From the human T2T-CHM13v2.0 reference genome, Homo sapiens, in NCBI RefSeq assembly GCF_009914755.1, contig NC_060940.1: a DNA stretch of 64,000 nt, one strand, 5' to 3'. Of this stretch, positions 1 to 12,967 are shown piece by piece; position 1 is the first letter of the stretch; each line of letters begins with the position of its first letter. Made by a program: the position numbers and the translations under genes. Below the pieces are notes generated by a model. The model saw only the letters and a program-made list of their open reading frames with translations, did not search any database and was not told where the DNA came from.

Positions 1-331
1 ATCTATAAAACAAAATAACATCCTAATTCCATTAGATGCACTATTCTGTAGCATAATGTTTAATTGGTTTCAATTTAACAGAGATTCATGTTGAACTGCA
101 CTCTGGACAATCAGAGATGTTGATGGCCATATGCTGAATTCCTCAAGGTGCAGTGAGAGGGGCTTGTGTGCTTGTTAAGGACATGGCAGGCCATCAACAA
201 CATATGTATTGGATGGCTTCATAACACACATGCTTTCGGGGGGAATAATATGGGAACATCATAGTCTGAAAGGAATTTGTATCTTCTTTTGTACAAATGG
301 AAAGATCATAGGTTTGTATTAAAATTTACTA

Positions 332-739
<408 letters not shown>

Positions 740-879
740 TTACACATTTTGTCCATCTTTGGGATAGATGTAAAGTGTGATGAGTGGTAATTAACTGTTT
801 ATTCAGAAATCAGAAATCATCACAGCATCATCAATATTATTATGAATTTCAAGTCATTATTTACTTAATTGATGCCAGT

Positions 880-1080
880 TGGTCTGATGACCATTTCATT
901 TGCATGATTGTATTTAATCCTCACAACATTCCTATGATATCTTTATACACATATTACAGATCAAGGCACTAATACTTAGAAAAATTAAGCAGTTTCCTCA
1001 AGGTTTCTGATGATAGAAATATCACCAGAAATAGATGACAAAAACCTGGCTTTTGACCCCAACTCTATAGTGTTAAGTCC
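880..1080 (-). mobile_element. MIR SINE remnant
   Basis: TTTAATCCTCACAAC...ATTACAGA...AATTAAGCAGTTTCCTCAAGG resembles the MIR core in antisense. Confidence 0.7.
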
Positions 1081-1289
1081 TCGTCTGTCTTTCATGTGAA
1101 TAAAGTGAAGGAAATACAGGTGTTGAGGAATACCACGGAGAATATGATGTAAGTTGAACAAGTCAATATCATCCTTTTGTATCTGGACTATGGCTCTTAA
1201 AGAGATGTGAAAAATATTTGCCTAGTGAGATAAATTTGTGTTTGTTTCTCATGTAAATTAAAGCCAAGACTTGCATGGTGCTCCATGGT

Positions 1290-1560
1290 CATGAGAGTTC
1301 ATTAGAATCACAGCTTTCAACTCAGACATCTCTTGTTACCTCTTGGCCTTACAATCCAAAATAGCTTCCAGCACACCAGCCACCAGATTCCGGGTCCAGA
1401 TAGCAGCGTAGAGAAAAAAATATAAAGAAATACCTATCATCTTATTTTTGAATATTCTTGATGGCTGTGTCTCACAAAACTTCTGGAGATCTCTTTCTTG
1501 GGAGCACATGGCCTCACCTACCTGCAAGAACCATTGGGAAACATACCCTGTTATATGGAC
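1290..1560 (-). mobile_element. Old MaLR LTR fragment (MLT1J/K/L-like)
   Basis: CACATGGCCTCACCTACCTGCAAGAACCATTGGGAAA resembles the MLT1 motif; highly diverged. Confidence 0.45.
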
Positions 1561-2619
1561 AGCAATGCACCAAGTTGAAAAGGGTGACCATAATCAAAGC
1601 TGAAGGAGAGAATAGCTACTATATACCACCAGCCATAGATGCCACAGATTCTAAAGAAACTATTCCAAGAAATTAATTCAAAATTATTTTCATTTCAAAA
1701 GACAACTTGGAAAATATTAATGTCTGTATATTATTGATCATCTGGATGGCTAGTTATGAACAAAATATTTCCATAAAACTTTAGGACTCACATTTGCATT
1801 ACAGTTTATACAACTGTCAGGAACAACACGGTTTTAATTGTTAATCATTAATGAAGAAAGAACTGTGGAAATTCTATAGTACATTAGTAACATGCATGTG
1901 CCAAATGAAGGTCACATTACATCCTTCAGAGAGAAATGATCACAGATTTGATTCCCACAGCATATGTGGCAGAATTGACAATTTCAATTGCAAAAGCTCC
2001 TGCGCTGTAGTAATCACATGGCAAGAAGAGACTCTACTTCCACAAAACAATATCATTTATCAAGAAAAATTCATGAATGTTAATGTGAATTTTATTAATG
2101 TAAAGTTTTTGTGTATTTAATTATAAATTTGTGTTTTATAGTTGCTTATTAGATATAAGCCTATGAAGTTTCTCACTAGTTCTATGTGATTGTGTAAACT
2201 TACAGTAAAGTTAATTTAAATCAGTATGGGTTCTGTATTTATTCCCTCTTTTTAAATGAGTTCATATCTACATTGGTCAAATTTCAGAAGCAGAGACCTG
2301 TAGAAAGTACCTGGTAAATGTAAAACATCATGTGTGATAGTTCAGTCGAATTGGCCTCCCAGTCTCCTCAAAAGCAGACCCATTCACTTCCCACTAGGCT
2401 ATGTGAGTCCCAGCCTGAGATTAATTGACACTTTTCTCTCTAATTCCTTCTTCTCAGCATCCATCATTTTTTTCCCGTGTCTCCTGGGCACTTGTAAGGT
2501 TGGTCAGGAAAGATTTAATAACAGTACTTGTGATTGCTCATTTTGAGCCCTTGTAAAATGCAGGATCTGTGGGAGCCCATGTGGGCCTTTCATAAGAGTG
2601 ACTGATTGACTGACTCAAG

Positions 2620-3016
2620 AATCATCAGTGAAAGTGCTGAGTGAGAGTGTGGATGCTGAGATGAGCTGGGCAGACCTTACTTCAATGAAGGATTTGCTGC
2701 TTAGCAGCCGGTTGTATGCTCAGCTCCATCCAGGTCAGCCCCCACTCCTGGAAGCTGATCCACTGAGCTTACACCCTTCCTGGGCTGCCCATATCCAGTG
2801 ACTGAGTGAATCAGGGCATAAAAGTCAAGCAATTTTAGTTTCTTGCATTACAACACTGGGTTGGTTTAGGTTTTGTCAGAGTTGCATTACAGTTTGACTT
2901 CTTTTGCTGTCCAATCCTGCTTTCTTCCCCTTCCTTTCACATGTAATAATCCCTAATAAACATTTCGCTTGCACAGTGCATCTGAACACCTTCTTCTGAG
3001 GAGCCTGACCTGTCAC
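2620..3016 (+). mobile_element. ERVL solo LTR (LTR16-like)
   Basis: 3' part CCAATCCTGCTTTCTTCCCC...CCCTAATAAACATTT...CTGACCTGTCA matches the LTR16-type terminus. Confidence 0.6.
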
Positions 3017-3249
3017 CCTGAGTAACTACTGGGTTGCAGGTGTTAGCTAGGTTGTTGGTTTTCTTCCCTACTCTTGGTTTGTTTTATTCTGTATAGTTAG
3101 TCATTTACACTAAATATTGGCATCATATTCCTGTTTTGTATCTAAGGATAGTGAAAATCAGAGAAAATCACTTACTAAGTCAAAGTCACACAATTGGTAA
3201 GTTGTAAAGCCAGAATACAGTTAAGAGTTCAAATCTAGCAGCCTTAGAT

Positions 3250-3650
3250 TCATTTATTTATTCTTTTTTTCCTAAAAAACTCAACGATGACTTCATAAAT
3301 GTTTAATTTATGTCAGATATTGTGCTAGCCCCTGAGTAGATGAACAGGAAAAATGTCATGAGGGCAGAAGCAGAACCTCTCCCTGCCCTTGTGAAATTCA
3401 TGGTCTGGAGGAGAAATCAAACATTTCCCAATTCACCGCATTTCAGGAATTACATGTTGCATCCCAGAAGAGCCATATGTAGTCAGTGTAATCTATAGAG
3501 GGAGCTTTGAACAATGGCAGGAGATTATAGAATACTTTTAGTGAAAAAAGAAACATTTCATCAGATATCAAAAGGCAAGTAAGATTCGTTTAGGTAAAAA
3601 AACAAGAAAAGAATGTTTAAGACAGAAAATAGGATGTATAAAGCTCCTGT
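3250..3650 (-). mobile_element. L2 LINE 3' remnant
   Basis: CATTTATTTATTC...TATGTCAGATATTGTGCTAG...CCCTGCCCTTGTGAAATTCATGGTCTGG is the L2 3' end in antisense. Confidence 0.7.
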
Positions 3651-4312
3651 AACAGAAGGTATCACGGTTAAAAAAAGAGAATCCATGAAACTGGGTCACA
3701 TAGAAGAGAGAACTAAAGTTAAATTAGAAAGATGTATTTGTGGGGCAAATTCCTACAAATATTCCTCAAGGTAAGGGGCATTTATATTTACTGTTTTTAA
3801 GAGTGATGAGAAGATATCAAATAATTATAAACAGATTTACATTGTGTGGTCATCAATTTGTTGTTATTTTTGGTGCAAAGAAAAGCCTCATCGGAGAGGG
3901 CTTGAATGAATGTGAGAGGTCTTCTAGAAAGTCCAAGAGATGTCAGGAACTTAAAATGGATAGAGAAGATAGACAGCAAAAGGGGATAACATGGAGAAAG
4001 TTGGGTACTTCATGTCATACATGAAACATAACACATGAAAGTTATCAATATGCAACTGAACGATTTTAGTAATGCAAACAAAAACCCTTGATGTTTCAGC
4101 TGAATAGAGTGAAAACAATGCAAATGCTAGAAAAAAGAAGAAATCTAAGCTATTAAGCCCTATATTCACAAACCTTATACAGACAGAAAGCAGTGAATTC
4201 AGACAAATTAGCAAGCCTGGGAAGTGGTAATACCTATACATATCCCTTCTGGTCCAGAATAAAACATGCTCATAACTTCTTATAGCATGTGAGTATTTTA
4301 ATACCTTAAAGA

Positions 4313-4445
4313 TTCTATTCTACTCTACTCTGCTCTACACTACACTACTCTACGCTATGCTACTCTACTCTACTCTACTCTACTCTACTCTACTCTACTC
4401 TACTCTACTCTACTCTACTCTACTCTACTCTACTCTATTCTATTC
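4313..4445. repeat. (CTACT)n pentanucleotide microsatellite in Alu tail position
   Basis: Direct reading; about 26 units, long pure TACTC run, abutting the 3' end of an antisense Alu. Confidence 0.97.
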
Positions 4446-4725
4446 AGACAAGGCCTTGCTCTATTGCCCAGGCTGGAGTACCTTGGCACTATCATAGCTC
4501 ACTGCAGCCTTGAACTCCTGGGCTTAAGCAATCCTCCCTCCCCAGCCTTCTAAGTAGGTTGGATTACAGTTACATGCCACCATCCCCAGCTAACTTTTTA
4601 AATTTTTTGTAGAAACGCTGTCTCACTATGTTGCCCAGGCTGGTCTCAAACTCTTGGCCTCAAATGATGCTCCAGTTTTGGTCTCCCAGCGAGTAGGATC
4701 ATAAGTGTGAGCCACCATGTGCAGC
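4446..4725 (-). mobile_element. Alu SINE (AluJ-like)
   Basis: Antisense Alu with J-type features (ATCATAGCTCACTGCAGCCTTGAACTCCTGGGCT). Confidence 0.93.
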
Positions 4726-5289
4726 AGATTCCTTCTGTTTTAAAGATAATGCTGCCTATCTTCTAATGGATCTTCTAATTTATAATTATGAAGTCTGTTC
4801 TTGACATTTTTGCCTGTCTTTGGCCTTAATTTAGTAGAAGCTTGGATACAAAATACTGGGTAGATAACTTTGCCTTGCAGCTAAATTATATTAGCAGTCC
4901 CACACAGATCAATCCTTAACTTTAATTGTAGAACAGTCTGCTTGTGAAGCTCCTCTACGGATATTAACAGTTTTAATTTCCTGTGCATTGGTTATGAATT
5001 TATCCATCGGTCTTATCAAAGCATTTGAATTTTCAAGTATTCTAAAGATTGTTTATTTTTAAAAATTAGCTTTTATTTCTTTAGGACACATAACAAGCAA
5101 TCTAAAAGCCTTTCATTTTCAAAGAAGTACTCACATTTAAGCTAACATGAGGAGTGTTGAGAGCTACAGGATAGGGCTCAAAGGAGATAAATCAATATTT
5201 TACCCAATGAATATGGCACTTCACTTTCAAGAGGAAAACTTGATCATTTTTCTCTTCCTCCTTTTCTCTTTCTATTCTGTTCCATCCTC

Positions 5290-5765
5290 CAGACACAGCC
5301 AGATTTATCTTACAAATCAATCTACTCATGGCTGGCTTATGCTTGAAACACTAGGAGGGTTGTCTACTTCCTGCAGAATGAAGTGCAAACATCTTAACTT
5401 GGCATTTGAGACTCTTCAAAATTTGATTCCAAGCTATGCTTTCAGCTTTAACTTTTGCCATACCTACCAGGAGGCCACTCTGCTTTTCTTCCAGAATTGC
5501 TCATTTGTTCCCCAGCAAAATATGCTAACATGTACCTCGCTGGTTTTCATAGGCTTTTTCTCCATCTGAAATTCCCTCCATTTTTTTCTTGAAATTACTA
5601 GTTTAAAATTTTAAGACCTGTTCTAAATGTCATCTCCTCTGAAGAGCTTCTTGGTTATTCTGTAGTTACTCCTTTTTTTCTTTCTTATTTCACTTTGTCA
5701 ATATCTCTATTACCTCCTTCATCATAGTTTTTCGAGATGACCTGTTTACTTATTTGTCTTCCTGA
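5290..5765 (+). mobile_element. L2 LINE remnant
   Basis: CAGAATGAAGTGCAAACATCTTAACTTGGCATTTGAGACTCTTC and AAATGTCATCTCCTCTGAAGAGCTT are L2-like. Confidence 0.7.
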
Positions 5766-6445
5766 AGCATTTTTGGTGGGTTATAGAATTCAAGGAAGAG
5801 ACAACTGATATACACCAAGGTTTTGTTGTTGTTGCCTGTTTGCTTGTTTGTTTACCTTGTTACAAGGATACAGAATCTTAAACACAAGCAAAGTGGCTGC
5901 TCAGAGTTGGGCATACATAGAATTGTGGCTTCTCCTCTCCCTCATCTGACTCAAGGTATCACAAACACCTGTATAGGGAGAGGCTTAACATACAGGAAAA
6001 CTTGTATGAACCTACACAAACATTCTTAACATGTGATGCTTCAAATTAAGACAATGTGTAAATATACTGGGCTTTTCTGGCACTTGAACTAAATGTAGTG
6101 CCACATGGAAGAAAGTAGAGAGAGGGCTGGAAGGAAGTGTATGACAAGAATGGAGATTCTTAGCAATGACCTTAGACGTAAAAGATCTGGTTTTGAATGC
6201 CACATTAGCTTTTGATTTCTGGGGTTCATTTCTAAACTTTCTGACTTTGCAAAGTATGAATTAAAATAAGTACTTCATTGAGTAGCATAGGACCTTGTAC
6301 ATAAAAGGTACCACAAAAAGGCTTATTGTAAAAGAAATATTATTATGTTTGGGAGTACAAAGGAGCAGCATATTAATCCTTATAACCATTTCTCATTTCT
6401 TGTGAACAAGAATTGAAATTAAGGGGATATATCTAGCCTAGTTCT

Positions 6446-6748
6446 GCCTGGACATGATGGCTCACAGCTGTAATCTCAGCACTTTGGGAGGCCGAGGTGT
6501 GAAGACTGCTTGAGAATCAGGAATTCAAGACCAGACTGGGTAACATAGTAAGACCCTATCTCTACAATCTTTTTTTTTTTTTTCAATTAGCCAGGAGTAA
6601 TTACACATGCTTGCAGTCCCAGATACTCAGGAGGCAGAGGTGGGAGGATCACTTGAGCCCAGGGTTCAAGGCTGCAATAAATTAACCACTGTACTCCAGC
6701 CTGAGCAACAGAGTAAGACTCTGTCTCAAAACAAAACACACACACAAA
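6446..6748 (+). mobile_element. Alu SINE (AluJ-like)
   Basis: Dimeric Alu; TSD GA(T/C)ATATCTAGCCTA on both sides; middle linker contains a T run. Confidence 0.93.
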
Positions 6749-7399
6749 AGAGACATATCTAGCCTAATTTTAACAGTTTTTTTTCCCAAAAGCTTTGCAA
6801 AAATAACTTAATATTATTTCTAGACTGGCTAATGGTACCAGGGAGAAATCAATGAAGGCCACTGTGTGGCTAGATTTTCAAAAGGGTTTGGTTTGTTTAC
6901 AACAAAGCCCCTTACAGCCCTGAACTAGCCCCTTACATGCTGAGGGGTTCCTTCTTTTTAAGGGAAGTCATAGAATAGCCCAGAGAGGATAAAATTGTAG
7001 CGGATTTTGCATCATTTTTATCTGAGAACCCTGACACTATTCAACTGATAAGTTGGCAATATCATCTAATTGAACTTTGAATTATTTTTTGAGAGGAAAG
7101 GGAAAGAAGGGCTTAGGGTATATAGCTTATTGTTAGTATTTCCATGAACAAACTGTTATTATTATTTTTAGTGACAGAATGCTTTTTATGGGAAATCTTA
7201 CATAGGAAACTAATTTATATAACAGAAAATGGAAACTTCAAATAAGCGACACAAGAGCCTCTCTCTTTCAACCTCCTTTGAATCCTCCCATCCACCTCCT
7301 CTTGAATCCCACACATAGAGGACAGCTGAAGCTCATTCTCCAACATATAAGCTCATTCTCCAATGTATTAAGCAGTACAGAAGACAATTTGGAAACTTT

Positions 7400-7570
7400 C
7401 AGTGTGTTGGAAGAAGTATGGATTTTAGAGAGATTCAGATTCTAATCTTGCCATAATCACAAATAAATTATGTTTACTTTACATGAGTTATTTTTTCTCT
7501 ATGCTCCAGTTTTCTTTTCTACAGAATATGAATAGTGAGAGAATTTTTAAGAAATTGTTATAACTAAATA
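7400..7570 (+). mobile_element. MIR remnant
   Basis: AGATTCTAATCTTG...TTATTTTTTCTCTATGCTCCAGTTTTCTTTTCTACAGAAT resembles the MIR core. Confidence 0.55.
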
Positions 7571-7574
7571 ATAA

Positions 7575-7810
7575 TAATCATCAAAAACCTGTATTGAGTG
7601 CTTTCTACATTCAGTACTATTTTATGTATATTCCATGTATCGTTTAATTCTCAGAAAAATTCTATGAGGTGGATACTTTATTATCTCTTGCTCCTTTTCT
7701 ATCTGCTTTACTGGGTTTTCCTGTTCTTGCCATTCTTTAAGAAACAACCTACAGCTAGTGTTTGGTAAAGTGAGAATTGAAACCAAAGCAGTTCAAGCCA
7801 TATCCAGATT
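7575..7810 (-). mobile_element. MIR remnant
   Basis: TATTGAGTGCTTTCTAC...TTTAATTCTCAGAAAAATTCTATGAGGTGGATAC. Confidence 0.65.
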
Positions 7811-7979
7811 TCTCACTATATAATCTGTTAGTCTCTATGCCTATACAAAGCTCAGCATCTGAGACATTCTCAACAACTAAAAATTCTCTATCAGTTTTAT
7901 GCCAATTTAAAAAATGGCAAATAGTGATAATTGTTATATTATTGTTATTATTGACATAACACCAAAAAGACATATAACT

Positions 7980-8283
<304 letters not shown>

Positions 8284-8980
8284 AGACACATAGTTAAATA
8301 ACCTCATTTAATGTCATATTTCTAAAACAAAAGACCTCTGAATATTGACAAAATTATCTCTGATGTTGAAATTATGGTAACTACACTAAAGTTCTACATT
8401 TTACTCATTTTTGTGAATTTCTCTGTCTAGAATCAACGGTTTTTAGAGAGATAAAGTCCACAAACAGGCAATCCACAGTGATACTATGTTGTAAAACTCA
8501 GTAATTGTCCATCTTCAGCGTATTTAACCTGTTTATAATCTCTGATTAGTCAACTATTAATTTCTGCCCTTTGTATACTTCATGTTTCTTATTTTTTTTC
8601 TTATATCCCTACTTTCTCCATCTCTGGCTGTTTCAAGATTATCTTCTCACATTCTTTAAACATTAGCCTTTCACAGAGTTTGTGTAGTCTGTCCTCTCCA
8701 TCCTACTCTCTAAAACTCCTACTCACACTGGTGTCATCAAATAGAATCTATATGCCTACTGATGATTGCAGCCCAGATCTCCCCTCTGAGATCTAAACTC
8801 ATCGAGACAGAATTGACTAGTTCTGTCTTCAACCTGGGGCTTTGTACACATTATGCAGTGTTCATGGTGGCCAACCTAAACGTGTCACCAAGCTCAGTGT
8901 GTAGGGCTGAAGATATTTAAAGAAGATTTATTGGAAGACTGCATATAGTGAGGCACCTCTAGTTTGGGTTAAGCTGGAAA

Positions 8981-9088
8981 CCCTTTCTTCATGCTTCTTT
9001 TTCTCTCTTTTCCTCTCCTCTTCCCTCTCTTCTGCTTCCCTCCCCTCCTCCTCTCTTCTCCTGTCTTCTTTCTTATTTTTTCTTTTCT
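8981..9088. repeat. CT-rich polypyrimidine low-complexity tract
   Basis: About 100 nt of almost pure C/T. Confidence 0.8.
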
Positions 9089-11749
9089 AACTCCAACGAC
9101 TTCAATGGATATTCAGTTTCTTAAATTAATTCAAACAAGCCAGAAATTAGTACTCTGTAGAACACTCATGATTTCTCTGTGTCTAATTGTCTAATTCCTC
9201 TTCTTCCTTTTGAGGATAGGGTAGGCAGCCACTCCTAAACCACTTCTTCAGGCCGAGAAATCCAACACAGTCACAAATCCCCACTCTCTTTGCTGACTTA
9301 TCAGGGTTCACCCCATGCCCCTCCTAACCTCACTCCAAGCTTTTAGGCAGCCGGATTTGTCTTTTTAGAAAGGACTGCTTCTAATTAAAATTCAGGCTGA
9401 GTTACAAGAAACCTTTTCTTTTCCCATTTTGAGTACTTGGGCATTTGAAGACAATCTTCAAAGTTATCTAGTTTTATGTCCCTTCACAGACAAAATCTGT
9501 TTTGACATCTTTTTCCCTCCAGAGCAAGGGATCTTCAAGTCCCATTTCCCCACCCCACCCCCACCTACCCCTGAACCCATTCATTTTATTGCCGTGACTT
9601 CAAGCTGAGATCAGAACTGGATGCAATGTTTGTTTTCATTTTTATAACCCAACTGAAGCATTCAACATAAAAACATTTTAAAAGAGCACATCACAAACTT
9701 TGCCCTAAGTTGTTCCTGGGGGGATAGATTTCACCTGATAGCCCAGGCACATCCCTATACTTAGGAGCTTGTATCATTCATTGCTGTCATCAAAAAGAGT
9801 GCTTCCTTTCAATTTGCCAAATGACAGGCTTACAGGGCAATGCTTCAAAGCAGCTCATCGTTGCCACTGATATTACAGATGAGAGTAAATGGCAGAGATA
9901 GGTACAGTTGTACAAGACAGGATTACAAATCTGTCACAAAAGCTTTGGGGGTAAATTGGGGATGAAGGAAGCCCATGTGCATGAGAGTCTCAAATGTCCA
10001 GGAACACCAGCCCATAGTCACCAGTAAGTGGGAAACGTACAAATTATCAACCATGATTTGAATTGTGTTAATTGCAGGTGTATTTCCTGCAAAAGACATA
10101 ATGTTTAATTACATTCAAATGGCTACTTAATAATGCCAGATGGCTTTCTGGTAATTTTTGTAGCCCTCTGTCCACACTTACACCTTTGAAAAGACATCAC
10201 GAGGTAAAACTACAATATGCTTCTTTCCGTGAATTTGTTCAGTGATTTTGGTATTACAGTTACCACTTAATGTTATACAGTTAATGAAAAAGTTAAGCCC
10301 TGGCTGCAATGCCACATTTTCCTTTGTTCTTAATGAACACTGACATTTGTGCTCAATTAACAGTGACAAATATAATCATATGAGCCTCTGCTCTGATTCC
10401 AACCCAGTATGGCTGGACCATAAGGAGACCTCCCTGTGTGATCGGATCAAAGCCCCTATGCAGTGTGTCTTTTCAGAGCAGGGTAGAGATAAATTAATCA
10501 CACCTATCTAATTTTAAGTAACATAGTCAAAGAACCATTGGGAAAAAGTCACGGCAGGAGCAACAGAAAGTCAGCCTCTAAAAAGGTTCATGTCACTAAA
10601 GAGACAAGACGTCATGCCTGACAATATATATTTGCAGTTTTCTGCTTTGTAATTTTTCTCATGGCTATTTAAAATTAAATTAGCTCTTTTCTGTTTTAAT
10701 AGCAGATATAAAAAGGACACTTTGGTCATGATGCATAGCACATTAAATACAATTATGTCAATATATCTTTCTCTGCCTCTTTATGCAGTTTTTTTTTTTT
10801 TTTCCTAGCCTCCTTCAGAGAGCTCTTTGGGAGCAACTTTAGCTAATAATTAATAATGGGAGGATTCTCCTGAGGAAATCATTTGGAATCATTGTGCTTG
10901 TCTAATAAATCATCATTTCAGAATTCTAATCAGCAAAATTTGGATTCCAAACGTTAGGTAATTACAGTGGCCCATTGCATCTGGATTGATTAATATGTAA
11001 ATGTAACTAATACTACATTCAAAAGTCAATATAAAGCAATGTGTATACATTCATGTAGAACAGGATTCACAGGATTGGAAACTTTGGGGGAAAGCCTGAT
11101 ATAGAGATAATAAAATAATATCTTTCACCCTCTGCATAAATTGGTAATCACCTGCCTTTGTTTCTTAAATTTAATTGCACTTGATTCATTGGTCTCTTCC
11201 ATAGCTGCTTCAAGCAATAAGGCTCTTTCAACAATGTCACACAACTTCCACGCAAATCATACCAGTGTTTATCTGCTTGATGTATGGTAGAGCACAATGC
11301 TATAGTCATCCAAGGAACTCTAACTGGTGTATAAATGCTTAGTAAAGGGAACTCTAGCAATCCTTACAGACAGTCAGAAGCAGAACAAACAGAACACAGA
11401 TCACAGAATGATGACCAGCTGCAAAGAACTCAGAGATTTAATAAATGGTGTAACAAAGTCAAGGACAGGATAAATGAAGGGGACAAGTCAACTCAATCGA
11501 GGTCTGATTTTAGACTCTTTTCTCTCTTATTTTAGTTAAGGAACCACATCTTTTCCAGTCTGTTATTCTTTGTGGATTCCTATGGAATACAAATTGCAAA
11601 CTTTAAAACTTCATTTCTAAGCATCATTTTGTGGAATTTTCGAAGCAGATTATTTTACAGCTCTTCTAGGGGTGAGTAAGGTAAGCAAGTACAGTAGTTG
11701 TCAAATCTAATTGCATGTTGGAAACACTGAGTTTATTGTGATTATTCGT

Positions 11750-11876
11750 TTTAATCAATATTCAAGCTCCACCCACAGAGATTTTGATTTAATTAGTGGA
11801 TGAAGCACTAGTATTCGTGTTTCAAAAGAAAACCTCCACAGTTAATGCTACTTTGCAGCCAGGTAGTGAACCACTT
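11750..11876. mobile_element. MER5-like hAT-Charlie DNA transposon remnant
   Basis: CTCCACCCACAGAGATTTTGATTTAATT...GCAGCCAGGTAGTGAACCACT. Confidence 0.65.
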
Positions 11877-11994
11877 TTAAGCGAAGGGCCCAATTCCTTC
11901 TGTTTCCCAGATATGCTCAAAGGTGTAGGACCAAGGCTAGGCCAAAAGGGAACACATTCTCCACCTCTGAAACGAGGTCCAGTACTAAAATGAC

Positions 11995-12625
11995 CATCCA
12001 TCTATCCATGTATTTATTTGGCAAATATTAATTGAATACACACTGTGTGCCACAAACTGTTCAGGGCACCTCACATATAGCAGTGAATAAATTAGACAAG
12101 GCCCCTGTCTCCAGAGAGCTTGCCATCTGGTGGGAAAGACATAAAGTAAACTAGTCAACAAACAAAGGAATCAATCAGCCAAATGACCTTCAGAAAATAG
12201 AAAGTGCTAAGAACGGAATACCACAGGGTGATGAACTGAATACGTGTCCAGGATGTGAGGCTGCTTCAGTGCAGAGAGCCAGGAAGGCATCTTCATAAAA
12301 GTGACATTTGAATTGCAGCTTAAATGATGAGTGGACGCCTATCACGCAGAGGTCTGAGAGAAATCTTCCAGACTGGAGGCACAACTACAAGCGCCCTGGG
12401 ATAAGATCTGGCTTAGCACATTAGAGAGACAGTTTCCAAGATCAGTGAGGCTTCCGTGGCAAAGGGAAACATGGTCGCAGTGGGACCTAGAAAAAGCCAG
12501 AGGTCCCATCTGGCAAAGCCTTTTCAGATAAGAGAAGAGTTTGAATTGTGTTCTGATTTGTAATGGGTAATGAATTGGGGTTGATGAACTAGAGGAGGTC
12601 ACCGGAACAACTTTAAATACATATA
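11995..12625 (-). mobile_element. L2 LINE 3' remnant (L2a-like)
   Basis: CAAATATTAATTGAATACACACTGTGTGCCA...CAGTGAATAAATTAGACAAGGCCCCTG...GTGACATTTGAATTGCAG. Confidence 0.8.
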
Positions 12626-12967
12626 GGAGAAAGAGATCATAAAGGTTGGATTCACTTGTTTCTGTTAGTAATAACAAAGAAAGGAATAGTTGTAATCTGA
12701 AAAGTTAAGTCAGAGCTTCAGATTTTTTTTTCCAGCATAATCAGAAAGTCACTTTTTTTCTATCCTGTCTGTTCCCTCTAATTATTTACTGATAGGCAAG
12801 AACATATGAGGGAACACCAAAACTCGGATCTAAGAAATCAGTTTCATCCTCTGAGTCTTTACTCATTACTACTTTTGGAAAAGAAAAAAAAAAGGACTAC
12901 CTTCCTATCCCCACCATATATGCTTTGTTATATTTTCTTTCCTTATTTTAAAAGGATTAACATGAGA

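Noticed and set aside
5147-5569. 140-aa ATG ORF
   Set aside because: Runs through an L2 relic; no protein family resemblance
9548-9571. C-run tract (possible antisense G-quadruplex)
   Set aside because: Short and isolated with no promoter context; common genome-wide
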